Both the position numbers and the translations under genes were made by a program. Source: Balamuthia mandrillaris (taxonomy: Eukaryota). Taken from it: a stretch of DNA of 64,000 nucleotides. Shown here one piece after another: positions 22,757 through 36,267 of this stretch. The notes beneath the pieces are model-generated. The model had not been told where the DNA came from. It saw nothing but the letters and a program-made list of their open reading frames with translations, and searched no databases. Location: contig JAVKOQ020000027.1 of the NCBI GenBank assembly GCA_031835245.2, forward strand, positions 248,001 to 312,000, in the 5' to 3' direction. The stretch's first letter is position 1; each line of letters starts with the position of its first letter.

Positions 22757-24850
22757 ATTTATTCCTGATATGCTTAGCTGGTGCACATAAACCTGAATCA
22801 TGTTGGTTTTGAAGGTCAACACGGTCTTGAGCAACTCATTCGTCGATGTGATCGGCTCGAAGTTTTCCTGGTAATATCTCTTCTCGTTCTTCTGCTTCTT
22901 CTTCTTCTTGCCTCTTCATCTTGCTTCTTCCGTTGTCAATGTTTCCTTGCACCCACTTAACCCCAACAACATAACAAAACAGTTGGCAGGAACAAAAACG
23001 AGTGCGGCAACGTTGATCCGATTGCTCCAATCCTCACGCACCATTCGTGTCATAGACGTATCTTATTGTAGCAACGCACACGTAACGAGCGTAGAGGTGC
23101 CTAAGATGAAGATTTGTAAGGCTGTTCAACTAGAAACTCTTTATATGAACGAAACGAAGTGGTTGTCTCCTTCTGTGTTGAGAACTATCTTCGCGTTCCA
23201 GTATCCTAGACTTCAGGTGAGATCCCCCCCCCCCTTTATATCGTATTTTATTTCTCTATTCTCTTTCAGCTTAACTGATGCAATTTCTTTAGCACGTATC
23301 ATTTACAAACCTGCCTAGGGCAACCTCCCTTCCCTTGTCGATATTTACCAATCCTAGCCTCAACACCGTCAACTTGGCAAATATAGCCTACTTGAGCCCG
23401 GACACCGTGCGTGCGATCGCCGACAATTTGTCGGGCACGCTTCGCTCCTTGGATATTTCTGGCCCTTCCTCAATGGTTCAGAGTTCCACCGTTGCCTATA
23501 TTTTGAAATGTTGCACTAGGCTTACAGGTTGATTCGTCTAGTTCTCTTCCTCCTTCTTTTTCTTCTTCTTCTTAAACTTTTGAACGCATTTTGTCATTTG
23601 CACAGATCTTTCGGTTAAGAATTGTCCTCTTGTTTCTGGTACTCTCTTCTCTATCCTCTCTCTCTCTCTTTCTCTCTCTCACACACACTTACTCTTTATC
23701 AGTTGTTTAAATTTTGTGATTCTTGACTTCTGCTGCTTATGCTCATTCTTCTCTAATTTTTTTTCTTCTGTTTCTTCCCCGTAACAAACATGTTAAACCT
23801 TTGAAAACAAAGGTTTGCTGGTACTTAAATCGGCAGTACACCACCCAAGCCTAATCTCTCTCGACATTTCCAACACGAATGACACCGTTGGTGGTATCAT
23901 CGAAAGCGAACTGAACTACCGGGTGGTGCTCCGCAACAAGCTCCAAAGGCTGAGAGCCAAGAGTTGCTCTTGGCTTATCGACTTTTACCTGATAGACCTC
24001 GTCAGTAAATGCTTTCCCTCGTTGCACTCTTTGAACGTGAAGAAATGTGCCATCACGGAGGAAGGCCTCTTGTCGGTCATTTTGGAGTGCACTCAGTTGA
24101 CTTCACTCAAGATTTCCTTATCAACCGTCTCCAAGCGTATCTTCTACTCGGAAGAAAGACTGAAGGTGAGGCAAAAGGAGAAGGAGAAAGAGAAGCAACA
24201 GGCAAAGGCAAAGGAAAAGGAGCAATCAACGGAGATTGATCCAGATGGTTTGTTGCTGAAGAACTTGAGGGAGTTCTCGTGCAAAGAAGGGAACACCCGT
24301 GGCTCTTTCGTGCCCTTTGTACCAATGTACTTGCCACGACTGGAACGGTTGAGCGTCTGTTTTTCCTCGATCCAGCCCACTAATATCAACACGTTACTGG
24401 AAAACCTGTGTCGATACACACCGAACTTGCGCTACCTCAACATCGATACTGCTGCCTGGCTACGGGTGAGTCTCTCCTGCTTTCTTCCTTTTTGTATCTC
24501 AGTTCCTTGTGGAAAGTTTTTTTCCTCCTCTTCTTATCTTTAATCTTTCGCCATTCTTCTTACTTCTTTCCATATGCTTCTGCCTTCTTTCTGTTTTCTC
24601 TTGTTTTTTTATTAACCGGGACGACTCTATCTAGCCCGAGTTTTTACCTGACTTGCAAAACATGCCAACCTCCAATCTTCGGCACTTGAGGGAGTTACAG
24701 GTTCCCCACAAGTGGCTATATTGGTTTGCGCGGTACTTCCCCAACGCGGTGACCTCGCAAATCGCGCCCAACGAGGCCAAACCCCTTTGGGATGATGATG
24801 GCGATGATGGTGACCACGATGCAGACATCGGCTCTCTCTTTGACTTTTAG
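19969..24850 (+). CDS. RWD-like plus BC-box-like plus Cys-containing LRR (AMN1/Rad7/FBXL-like) protein, multi-exon
   Basis: Acidic N-terminus; LKVDIELGEGYP...ALVQTL...AARVCENWL (RWD-like); LPLRTLCLKNMAKHL (BC-box-like); LRNLNLQGCAAITDEGL, LHSLNVKKCAITEEGL (LRR_CC). Confidence 0.7.
20530..21125. repeat. Intronic (TTTC)n microsatellite interrupted by TTGTCG units
   Basis: Visible directly. The same compound repeat occurs at 22550-22755 and, inverted, at 36012-36330. Confidence 0.95.
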
Positions 24851-25235
24851 CAATAGAATATATAAATATATAAAAAAATAGGAATAAGAAGAATAATAAT
24901 TCCACTGCCAATAATTGTTCATAATTTTTCATCGAAAACCAAAACAATCCAAAAATACCCTCCAATTTCGATAATTTTAGGATAATTCTGAAATAGGTCA
25001 ATAAAACGGTTCATAAAAATAAATTAATATGAGGGTTCACGGAAAACCTTTTTCGGTTAACGCAATATTTTATAACCAAAAAAAAATGTAATAAAAAAGA
25101 TAATAAATAAATAAATAAATAGAAAAGAGAAGTGAGCAAAAAACAAAAAGAGTAACGGCGGTTACCTCATCTTCTCTCTCTCTCCTCTCTCGCCCTTTTT
25201 GAGTTCTTCTTCCAAAAAATAACAAAATCAAAAAG

Positions 25236-28206
25236 ATGAAACGAACCAAGAAGGAAGATAAGAAGCGTGACAAGAAGGACAAGAAGGAGGAGAAGAAGAA
25301 GACGCCGCGCGGGGACGCGAAGAAGTCTTCTTCCACTCCTCCCGTCACCCCAAAGGAAAAGATGCCTTCGGCCAGCGAACTCAAGACCATGTTCGAAGAC
25401 CTTTTGGTACCACTTGCTACTCTGTTTTTTTTTTTAAAGAGAAGATGAAACAATTCCCTAAAAAATATTTTTTTACACTCAAAAATCACCAAAAAAAAAA
25501 TAATAATCACAAAAATAATAAATCAATCAATCAATCCGGATGAACAGAACGCGCTGGGCATCGGCGAGGCCCAAAAGGAGGCCATGCGCAACATGAACAA
25601 CCAGGATAAATGGCTCCTGATCGTGCAGAACAAGGAGAAGATCAAGCAGGAGAGCAAGTCGGACGGCTCCCCAAAGGCCTGCATCGAGCTCCTCAAAAGG
25701 GGCAACCTCTCGGTGAAGGAGCTGGAGGAGCTGAGGGTGTTGCTCGCCGGCCAGCCCGTCAAATGGATAGAGGAGTTCCTCAAGTTGGACGGCTTGCAGC
25801 TGCTCTTTGACCTTCTTGCCCACAAGCAAAAGACTCAGTGCGTTTCTTCTCTTTCCTTTTATTTCTTTGCTTCTGCTTGCTTGCTTTTTGTGTGTTTTTT
25901 GCTTTCTCTTCTTTCACTTCGTCGCTGCTGTTTCTTTATCATTTCTTTCAATGTCTAATATGTTATTCTTTGTTTTGTCATGCGTTCGTTGTCACGAAAT
26001 AATAGTTCTGGAAAAGAGGAAGACACCGAAAAGATCAACGAATGCGCCAGAGCCCTGAAGGCATTGATGAACAGTCAGCCTGGTTTGGAGGCCGTTATCG
26101 TGTCCGACATCTCCATTACGGTGTTGGGCCAGACCTTGGACTTTGTCACCGGCAGAATGAAGACCGTCATCGTTGAAGTCCTATCTGCGTTGTGCTTGCT
26201 CTCTCCTGAGGCTTCTGTGTACGTTCTCTCTCTCTCTCTCTCTCTCCAGCCAATTATTGACCGATCTCTCATTCATCCTGCATATAGGCAAACTATTGAG
26301 GTGATGCAAGCGAAGCCCTTCAACAAGAAATCAGGCACTCGCTTCGAGGAGCTGGTGAAAAGCATGGACAAGGACAACGTGGACTTGAAGGTCACCGTAA
26401 TGCAGTTGATCAACGCCATGCTCAGCACTCAAGAAAGCGAGGAGGGTGTAAAGAAGATCAAAGACAGCCTGAATGTAGAGGAGGTTGTTGGCCTGCTTCG
26501 CAAAGGCCAGATGAAGGAAGCCCTCGAGGTGCAGTTGGACATTTACGACCAGTTGAACGAACCTGGAGCTGAAAGTCCTGATCACAGCATGTTTGCTGTC
26601 AAAGGGTGCGTTTTCTCTTCCTCATTTTTCCACAAGAGCTGGCAATAACACCACACATTTATAACAATAGAGAGGAAGGAGAGTTGTTCCAACAGCTTTT
26701 GGCGCAAGTCAAAGGCACTCCTGCTGCTCAAATCCTTCCTGCTGTATTGCAACACGCGCTGCTTCTGCGCGTTTCTGGCAAGGCTGGGTTCGTACATTCT
26801 TTGTTGATTGTTCGTTTTGGGCTTTTACTAACAATTGCTTTCGAATAATAGACAAGCTACATGGGAAATTATGGACAGGTTTATCCAATTGGCTGCCGCT
26901 GGTCCCGAAACCAGTTCTCAAGTCGAATGTACGCTCAAATGACTCTTTTCCTTTCTCGTTGGTGCCTTTCTGATCAGTTTTCTTTGGATAATGCTGCGAA
27001 TAGTCGGTGAAGCTGTGTGCAAAGAAATGCTCAAGTTCTTAGACTCCTCTCTGGGCTTGCACAGCGTGGGCAAGGACAAAGGCAAAGAATTGGAGGCTGC
27101 CCTCGGCGGCGAGATCAGCAGCGATGAGGCTCCCGAGAAGACCATCGCCAAACTGACCGACAAGGTCACCTCCATGAAGGCCGAGATTGACGAACTCAAA
27201 GTCAAGTTGGCCGAAGCTGAGTCACGCCCTGCAATTGCTGCACCTCCTCCTCCAGGTGGCGACGCGGGTTCATCCTCTGACGCACCTCCACCAGCTCCCG
27301 AGGGTGGACCTCCTCCTCCCCCTGGTGGCGGGCCACCCCCTCCTCCCGGCGGTGGGCCTCCTCCACCACCAGGAATGGGACCTCCTCCTCCCCCTGGCGG
27401 CGGACCCCCTCCTCCTCCCGGCGGTGGGCCTCCTCCACCACCAGGAATGGGACCCCCTCCTCCTCCTGGTGCTGGCGGACCGCCTCCTCCTCCTGGAGGT
27501 GGCATGTTTGCTGCCCCTGGTAGGATTCTCTCTCTCTCTCGTTGTGTTTATTAATTTTAACAACTTGACAATTACAAAATTAGCTCGTCCGAAGAAGGCC
27601 AATCCCAGGACGGACCCAAAGAAGAAATTGAAGCAGTTCAACTGGGTCAAGTTGCCCGATAATAAGACCCTGGAAACCATTTGGGGCGAGAATGGCGCTT
27701 CCGATGATCACGTCAAGCTGGATGTCAGAGAGGTAGAACAACTCTTCTCTGCAGCAGCCCCCGTTAAGGAAGACGGTGAGGGCTCTGGTGGCTCTACTCC
27801 CAGAGGTCCCGCTAAACCTAAGGCCGTCACTGTATTGGATCCTCGTCGCGGCCAAAACGTTTGTACGTATTTCTCGCTCAAGAGCTTTGTGTTTCTATTT
27901 CGTTTGTTATTTTTCTTTGATTAGCTTCTCAGTTGGCAACTATTTCTCTTTTGGTTGTTATTTTGTTTTCTAATCTTTTTTCTGCAAAAAAACCATTACA
28001 ACAACGCAGCGATTATGCTTGCCAGATTCAAGATGTCGCACAAGGAGCTGAAGAAGGCCATGGTCAACTGCGATTCCACCGTGTTGACCGCTGACAATCT
28101 TTCGGCCTTGAAGCAGTTCACGCCCACTCCCGAGGAAATCCAGGCCCTTAAGGAGGTGAAGGACGAGCCCAATCTCAGCAACCCTGACCTGTACTTCATG
28201 GAGGTA

Positions 28207-28253
<47 letters not shown>

Positions 28254-29553
28254 TTCTGTTTGCGATACTTATTGTCTGTAAATTGTAAAAGATCATGGAC
28301 ATTCCTCGTTTAGCATCACGCCTCGAGTGTTTGCACATCCGTTCTACCTTCCAAGATAAAGCCAAAGCTGTTGAAATTGTACGTTGTTTTTTTTTTGTCC
28401 CTACACTATAGTTTTACCCTCGAGGCTGACACTCACTATTTACTGCTCTATTAAAAGACTTTGAATCTTGTACAACAAGCCTGCAAGGAAATCAAAGAGA
28501 GCAAGAAGTTGATCACTTTGATGGAGGTTAGCAACTTTCTCGTTTCTCCTTCCCCTTTCTCCTTGTCTAACCCGGTTCTATTTTCAAACTTGATAGCTGG
28601 TGTTGAAGGTCGGTAACATCTTGAACGGTGGCGGTGCCAAAGGAGGCGCCTACGGTTTCAAGCTCGATTCTATGTTGAAGATGGGAGACGTGCGGTCAAC
28701 CAACCCTGAGCTGCCCACGCTGCTTCACTACCTCGCCTCCAAGGCTGAGCAGGACTATCCTCAGCTCTTGACCATTATGGAGGACTTCAAGGCCCTCGGC
28801 GATGCTTGCAGAGGTATTTTCACTCTTTACTTTCGTTTCACCGCTCTCTTCTCTTCTGCTTACTTACTTGTTCTTGTTCTTTCTTTTCCAACAAAAAAAA
28901 AAAAAAAAACAAACAGAGAGCACAAGCCAAACAGCAACCGATCTGACCGCACTCAAAGCTGGCGTAACGCTTGTAGAAGGCCAGCTTAAGCAAGAAGAAG
29001 GCAGCGGCGGCAAATTCGCCTCTCTCATGAACGACTTCTTCAACCAAGCCAACGCCAAAGTGCAACAATTGGAGAGCAAGCAGGAGAAAGTCCTGAAGGC
29101 AGCCAAGGAGCTTATCGTCTACTTTGGCGAGAGGGACAACACAGCGCCCGAGGAGTTCTTTGGAACAGTCTACAGGGCGGTGCAGGCATTCGACAAGGCA
29201 GGCGAGGAGAACAAGAAGAGGCGGGACGCCGCAGAGAAGGCCAAGATCGCGGAGGAACGTCGGGCTAACCTCAAGGCTAAAGCTGCTGGTTTGTATTCTT
29301 TTGTTTTGTGTAATGTGGGCGTGAGATACTCATAACAACAAAAGGAGGAAAAGGAGCAGCGGCAGGCGGAGCGGGCGGACCAGCGGGAGAGAAGCGCGGC
29401 TTGATGGACAACCTCATCGGCCAGATGCACACGGGAGATGCCTTCCAAAAGGGTGGCGGAGGCCAGCAGGTCATGGCCAACGAGGCCATGGCCATCTTTG
29501 CCAGGATGAAGCAAAAGAAAGCCGGCGAGGGAGGTGCTCCTCCTGGCAAGTAA
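25236..29553 (+). CDS. Diaphanous-related formin (GBD/FH3, FH1, FH2, DAD)
   Basis: LRVLLAGQPVKWIEEF (GBD), CARALKALMN, poly-Pro FH1 repeats, LKQFNWVKL...TIW, VLKVGNILNGG...AYGFKLDSM (FH2), GLMDNLIGQM..GDAF (DAD-like). Confidence 0.95.
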
Positions 29554-29801
29554 GAAGAGAGAAGAAGGAACGAAAAGGTCTATCTTTTCCCTTTCTTTCT
29601 CTCTCTTTTGTTTTTTTGTGATTTAAAACTTTCCTTTTGATTATTTTTTTATTATTATTTTTATTATTCGATTTGTCGATTCTTTTTGTTACTTTTTTAA
29701 AAGGAAGAATTATGTTTACTGTATTATTCTTGTCTTTGCCTCTCCCTTTCTCTCTCTCTCTCTCTCTCATTCTTTTCCTCCTCTTTCTTTCTTTCTCTCC
29801 A

Positions 29802-29845
<44 letters not shown>

Positions 29846-29871
29846 CCATTCATTCTTGCCTCTCCCTTTAG

Positions 29872-29908
<37 letters not shown>

Positions 29909-29981
29909 CATGCTTCTCCTCTCTCTCTCTCTCTCTCTCTCTCTTCGTTTGTTTATACACGAAGTTAGCATGCATGTTGGT

Positions 29982-30864
29982 TTATGACCGGGAGTTGGAG
30001 TTGTTGCTGTTGCTGCCAAGAGTGTAGCCTCTGCCGCTGAAATACTGTCGTTGGGAAGAGGAGGAGGAAGAAGAAGAGGACTGCCGTAGAGGAAAGCAAG
30101 AAAAGAAGCTTTAGTTGTTGCTCTTCCCAACGAACAAGCGAGAAGAAAGCAGGCGCAACGTACGGAAGAGGAGGAAGGACCGCCATAGACAGAAAAGCCG
30201 GACCCATTGCCGCTACCACTGCTGCCGCTGGAACCACCTGAAGCAGCTGCACCAGGGAAGAACCCTCCTCCTTCCGCGGTGCCACCGTTCCGTTTGCCCA
30301 GGAAATAGATCAAACCGACCAACAAGAGCCCTTTAATCTGATGAGCCAAAAAGACAAAGAAAAAAAAAAGTGTGGAGAAAGAAAGGAGAAGAAGAAAACA
30401 AACCAGATGGGCCGATGAGGTAAAAGGCCAACAGGGCGGCCAGTAAAACTTGATAGTTCTTCAGCGTGGTGCCAAACAGCGTCACGTCCTCCTGAAGGAA
30501 GCTCCAGCCGACCAGCCCTTGTGAGTCTCCCCCTCCTCCTCCTCCTGACGCATCCGTCGCCGCTGATCGTTGGTGGCGGTGAACGGAGGAAGGCGGCGCT
30601 GCGGCTTCCTGCTGCGTGGCGGAGGAGTGTCCCGTCGATGTGTAGTACTGCGGTTCTCCGTCGTTATTATTATTATTGTCACCATTGGTGTTGATGTTGG
30701 CGGTGTTTCTGGGAGCGGACGAGTTACGCCCACCACTGCCACCACCACCCACCACCACCACCACCACCACCACCACCACCACCACCACCACCACCACCAC
30801 CACCACCACCACCACCACCACGAGCGTCTTCACGAACAATCTCTCCGTTGACGATGCGAACCAT
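29982..30864 (-). CDS. FAM241/DUF4605-like small membrane protein with a C-terminal SHP-box-like motif; apparent +1 frameshift in a (GGT)n tract
   Basis: MVRIVNGEIVRE N-terminus (FAM241 family), hydrophobic LLAALLAFYLIGPSGLLLVGLIYFL, last exon QYFSGRGYTLG. Confidence 0.7.
30738..30821. repeat. (ACC)n/(GGT)n trinucleotide repeat encoding poly-Gly, with one extra base
   Basis: accaccaccc at 30741-30750 breaks the register. Confidence 0.95.
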
Positions 30865-31094
30865 TCTTTTTCTTTTTCTTTTTCTTTTTTTTTATTGTGT
30901 TGCTATGGCAACCTTCTAATTCTGAATGACGTCACCTACATATCTATTTATGGAAATTTATTACGTCAGTAAGAAATTGGATGAGTTTGTCGACAGTAAT
31001 GCATGCCTCAAAAATGGAAAATTTTACTATGAGAAATATATTTTTTGTTTTACAACTGTGACCCATAGAATAAGAGAACAACAAAAAAAAGAGA

Positions 31095-33089
31095 ATGAAG
31101 GAAAGAGGGACAGCCTTTTTGAAAAAAATAAAGGACCGGGAAGTAGGGGTAGGTGGCGGCGGCGGCTATGCCAGAATCAAAAGAGAACAGGAATTGCCGG
31201 TATCGCACCCGCACTATGACACTTTTCGACACGGGCTTCATATTGGTTGCGATGAGGAAGGCAACTTTAATGTTTGTTATACCACTTTCTTCTGCCTTTC
31301 TTTCTCCTTTGAAACGAAGCAAAATTAATGGGTGTCGTTTGTGAAACGAAAAGGGAGTGCCTGACGAGTGGGTTGACGAGTTACTTCCCGGCGGGCAGGC
31401 AAGAAAAGAGAAGACAAGCACTGAGCCAAGCTACTCCTTAGCGCTTCCCAACAACTCCCAAGCCTCACCCAAACAACAGCTGCCTCCTGTCATAAGCCCT
31501 CGCTCCGAGGACCTCGCCATGCTTCATCGTACTCCTCCTGCTTCTTCCACTGCCGGTTCCATTCGACCTCATATCAATATAGCCACCCGAGGAGGAGACG
31601 GAGGAGGAGGTAGCAGAAGAGCACCACCGTCATCCGCGGGTGGTGGTGAGGCGTCCTCTCGTCCTGCTCTTCCACCCACTCCTCTGCCAAGAACTCCTGC
31701 TTCTTCCTCTGTAGCGCCCGGTGCTCCGGTTGGAGACTACTCTCGCTTCTCCTTCTCGCAACTTCCTACAGCTCACTCTAATCCTCATTTTCAAGGACAA
31801 CCTTCCCCTTCTCCTTTTCCTCCTCCTTCTTCTTCGTCTTCTTCCTCTCGCCCTGTTCCTTTCTCCTCCAACAACGCAAACAAGCCATCCACGCTCCCTC
31901 CTCTTCCTTCGTCTTCATCTTCAGCAGAAAAAGCATTTGCTGCCTCTTCCAATGTACGAAGACCAACATCACCACCAACCGAACTGGCCTCTCCAAACGC
32001 ATCCACAGAGAGACGAGGGCACTTGCTGGACAAGGCTCGTCATCGCTCCCGTTCGTTCAACGACTTGGAATCCGCTTTCAACGGCTTTGCGACGGAAGAG
32101 CAACAGCAACAACAAAGAAGAAACACCCAAACACAGCTACCACCAAAAAACGCAGCGCCGCCATCCTTTCGCTTTGTGGAGTCGACCACGAAACAGCAGC
32201 AACAACAAAAGTCTGCTCCGAATCTTCTCTCCCGAACGAACAAAACAACCGGAGACCCGTTTGGAGAAAGCAGCCAACTTCAACCAACACAACCACCGAA
32301 ACAGAAAAAGAAGTTGAAAGCGTTTTTGGGGGATGGGTTGGAGAAAGCGCGAGCAAAAGGTACACAGATAAGACATAAAGCGGGTTACAAGAAAGGAGAT
32401 GAAGGAGATGAAGAAGAAAGCGATGAAGAAGAAGAGGATGATGACGACGATGATGAAGCGTTTGGAGGGGGATGCACCGTCGCAAGTCGGTTGCAAAGGA
32501 GCTTCTCTGCTTCCAACGGTGGGCAAATGTTGAACTTGTCGGGTTTAGGATTGGAGAGAGACGTTCCGACAGAAGCCCAGAGCAAACAGTTGACTGCCGC
32601 CTTGATGGACTTGAATCTGTCTCACAACTGCTTTGCGGATATACCGACTTCGCTTCCTTTGTATAGCAACTTGCAGGAGCTTAACTTGAGCGGCAATCGC
32701 TTGACTCAGCTGTCGTTGTTGGACAAGCTCCCAAAGCTCAAAGCGCTTTCGTTGAACGGAAACCAACTGTACTCTCTCTCTCTCTCTCTCTTGCTTTCTG
32801 CCTTCCCTTTAATCCGTTTTTTTCTCTCGTTCTCATCTTTCTCCTCTCTAATAATAGGACAAGGCTCCCAGCCACCATAGCTCAATGCAGTGACTTGGAG
32901 AAGCTAGAGTTGCGTAACAATCAGCTGCAGCAACTGCCGCTCGAAATAGGCTTTCTCACCAAACTGGAAGACCTTCATCTGACAGGCAATCCTCTCTCCT
33001 CTCTTCCTCCATCCATCGGTTATTTAGCGAACTTGGAGGTATACGCTTTTGCTCTCGTTGGCGTTCTTTCATCGTTTCTTTCTCTCTCG

Positions 33090-33120
<31 letters not shown>

Positions 33121-34306
33121 GGTCTAAGCTCTTTGTGCATAAGGTATTGGATGTTAGTAGTTGTGGCTTGAGACAACTTCCTGAAGAATTGTCTTACTGC
33201 TTTCGCCTCATTGAGCTCGACCTCGGTAACAACAACCTGGGAGCTCTCCCACAAACGTTGGGTCTCTGCTCCCGTTTGGGCGCTCTCAACCTGTGCGACA
33301 ATCAGCTAACCGATCTGCCTCTTTCTTTGGGCTTTGCAACTGCTCTTTCGGTTTGTTCCCTTCTCTGCTGATCTTCTTCCCTCTTCTCTCCTCCTCCTCC
33401 TTTCATTAGTATTGCTCTAAACTCTCCTCTCCCCATGTAGAGCTGTATAGCCGATCGCAACAACTTTGTAGACCAGACTCTAGTAGCGAAGCATAACATC
33501 GGGACAGACCATCTATTGGACTACCTCGCCAAACGGTTGGCATCCTCCTGCGATTCGGACAAGTACATGGCCCATTTGATGGCCACTCGACCGAAACTAC
33601 CGGCCCTCCAACAACGAACCAATGATGGCACCCATCTTCACCTCTCGCTTCAACCTCAAAAACAAAAAGGAGGCTCTGGCTTTCAACCAAGGATTCAGGT
33701 CTCACAAGCTGCAGAGTCTTCTTCCGCTTCTGCTGCTTCCTCTTCTGCCAACCCAACTCTCTCCGAGGAGCTTCGCAAAAAGATAACTCGGTTGAGACAG
33801 CTTTCAAAGGACATGGCCACCTCCATTCGTGATAAGCTGAGAGAGCTGAAACTGAAGCTCTCCAATGTTACTCAGGTCGAGCAAGGCATACCCCTCGCTA
33901 AAATAGCACGTTCCTTCAAAGAGGTGATGCCCTTAACATCTTCCCTCGTTTCTCCTCTTTGCCTCTGCTTTCTTCTGTTTCTAGATTCTTCCTGTTTCAT
34001 TAACCAACTTATGCTCTCTCTCTCTCTCTCTCTCTCTCTTGTACAAAAACAAGGACATGGTTGCTATTCAAACGTTAACCAAATCACAAAACCCTGTATG
34101 GGTGGAGCTCCCACCATCGCACCCGAGCGAAGATAAGCTGATTGTTCTGAAGAGGACCATCGCTAACAGCTTTGATAATGTTGGAGTCGCCATCCAAGGT
34201 GATTTTCATGACTGCTCTATTCTCGCTTCTCTCTCTCGTTTCTTTCTCCTTCCCTCTACGCTTCTTGTTCTTCTTCTTCTTGTTCTTCTTCTTGTTCTTG
34301 TTCTTC

Positions 34307-34338
<32 letters not shown>

Positions 34339-34509
34339 CTTCTTCTTCTTCTTCTTCTTCTTCTTTCTCTGATCTCACTAACACCACAACCAGCAATAAT
34401 GAGCATTGTGAATAAGTCTGAGGATGTGAGCGTGATATTTAAGCTCATCAACCATTTGAAATCTTTGTACAACGTATTTTTGAAGGCGGACTCCACTCCT
34501 TCCTCCTAA
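31095..34509 (+). CDS. CRIB/PBD plus Pro/Ser-rich region plus LRR (SHOC2/RSU1-like repeats) protein
   Basis: Splicing intron 31272-31353 gives VSHPHYDTFRHGLHIGCDEEGNFNGVPDEWVDELL (PAK-type CRIB). Repeats LQELNLSGNRL, LEKLELRNNQLQQLP, LEDLHLTGNPLSSLP. Confidence 0.82.
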
Positions 34510-34652
34510 ACCTTTTGCATGACCACCGCCACTATCTGCTTCGCTTTTGTAACATAACGACTTTCAACATTTTAAAAACAATATATGTGGGTTTTTTTTT
34601 GTTACTTGTACAGTTTGTCGCGCCTTCTCTTCTTCTTCCCTTCTTCTTCTTC

Positions 34653-36033
34653 TCAATGCTTCTTGTGTTTAGTCTCCAAGTGAAGGTAATGCTTCGCGCA
34701 TTCATAAAAGACATACGTGATGCAGTGCGATGGAATTCCTTTCACAAGACTCGGCAGAAAGCCTCTGTAGAAGCCTTTTATACCCTCTCCATTGTAAGTC
34801 TGTCTCAAGCAATCCACCAGACCTGTGTAGTGCCTCTCCATGGCTGTGTGTCCTCCTGGAAGGTGGTGGTGCTGGTGAGCGGCCACTCCCTGCATGATCA
34901 AACGCGACTTGACCACGTGAAGAGGATGAGAGATAAGAGTGCCGGCTAAGGTGGAGGAAGTGGCACAAAAGAGCAAAGGCAGAACGGAAGGAGAGGATGA
35001 AGTTGCCGACGAAGGGGCCAAACGAGAGACCAGGGTTTTGGAGAGATCGTAAGTCATAAGGGCGACACCAGAGTGAGGAAAGGTGCTGATGAGGACCGTG
35101 CTTAGACCACGATAAAAGGGACGGATCTAATTGGTGGTTCCAAAAATAAAGATGGAAGAAGAGAGAATGAGTGATAGAAAAAAGGGAGAGGGAGAGGGAG
35201 AGAGAGGAGAGGAGAGGGAGAGGGAGAGGGAGAGGGAGAGGGAGAGGGAGAGGGAGAGGGAGAGGGAGAGGGAGAGGGAGAGGGAGAGGGAGAGAGGGAG
35301 AGGGAGAGGGAGAGGGAGAGGGAGAGGGAGAGGGAGGAGGGAGAGGGAGAGGGAGAGAGAGGGAGAGGGAGAGGGAGAGGGAGAGGGAGAGGGAGAGGGA
35401 GAGGGAGAGGGAGAGGGAGAGGGAGAGGGAGAGGGAGAGGGAGAGGGAGAGGGAGAGGGAGAGAGAAGTAAATAGAAAAGCACGAAATAGCAGGTCTGGA
35501 AGCGAAATTAAACGAATAACTTACGTATCCTTCGTGTGCCATTATCTTTCTGATAACATCCCCAGCACCACGGTAAGTGCCATCGGGCGCTCCACAAAGC
35601 CTTGTCTTGATAACTTCCAGCGGATAACAACTGGCATGTGCCGCTATGCCTCCCACTCCTCCTGCCACAAACAATTGCCAGCCAGCCAAAGTGGACTCTT
35701 TTTTGCTTGATGACGAAGTTCCATTTTGAGAGGAGTAAAGCGAGAACCATTGTTTGCTTCGTTCAAAGACGGCAAACTTCACAGCGGACTCGGGAGAGGA
35801 TTTGAGAATGTTCACCAAGTTGCCTCGGAAGAAACCGCGAAGCCCGCCGTTCTTCCAAATATCGCGAAAGACTTGGGTGACGGATGGCGGTCGTTCCGTT
35901 TGGAGCTGGTAGATGATTTTGAGGCGTTCAAGTGGCGCTGTGCTCGTCTTTTGTTGGTTTGTTTTATTTTATGTTTTGTTAGTTAAAAATATGTTTACGG
36001 AAGTCAGAGGAGAAAGAAAGAAAGAAGAAATGA

Positions 36034-36089
<56 letters not shown>

Positions 36090-36149
36090 AACGACAAGAA
36101 AGAAAGAAACGACAAGAAAGAAAGAAACGACAAGAAAGAAAGAAACGAC

Positions 36150-36189
<40 letters not shown>

Positions 36190-36195
36190 AACGAC

Positions 36196-36267
<72 letters not shown>

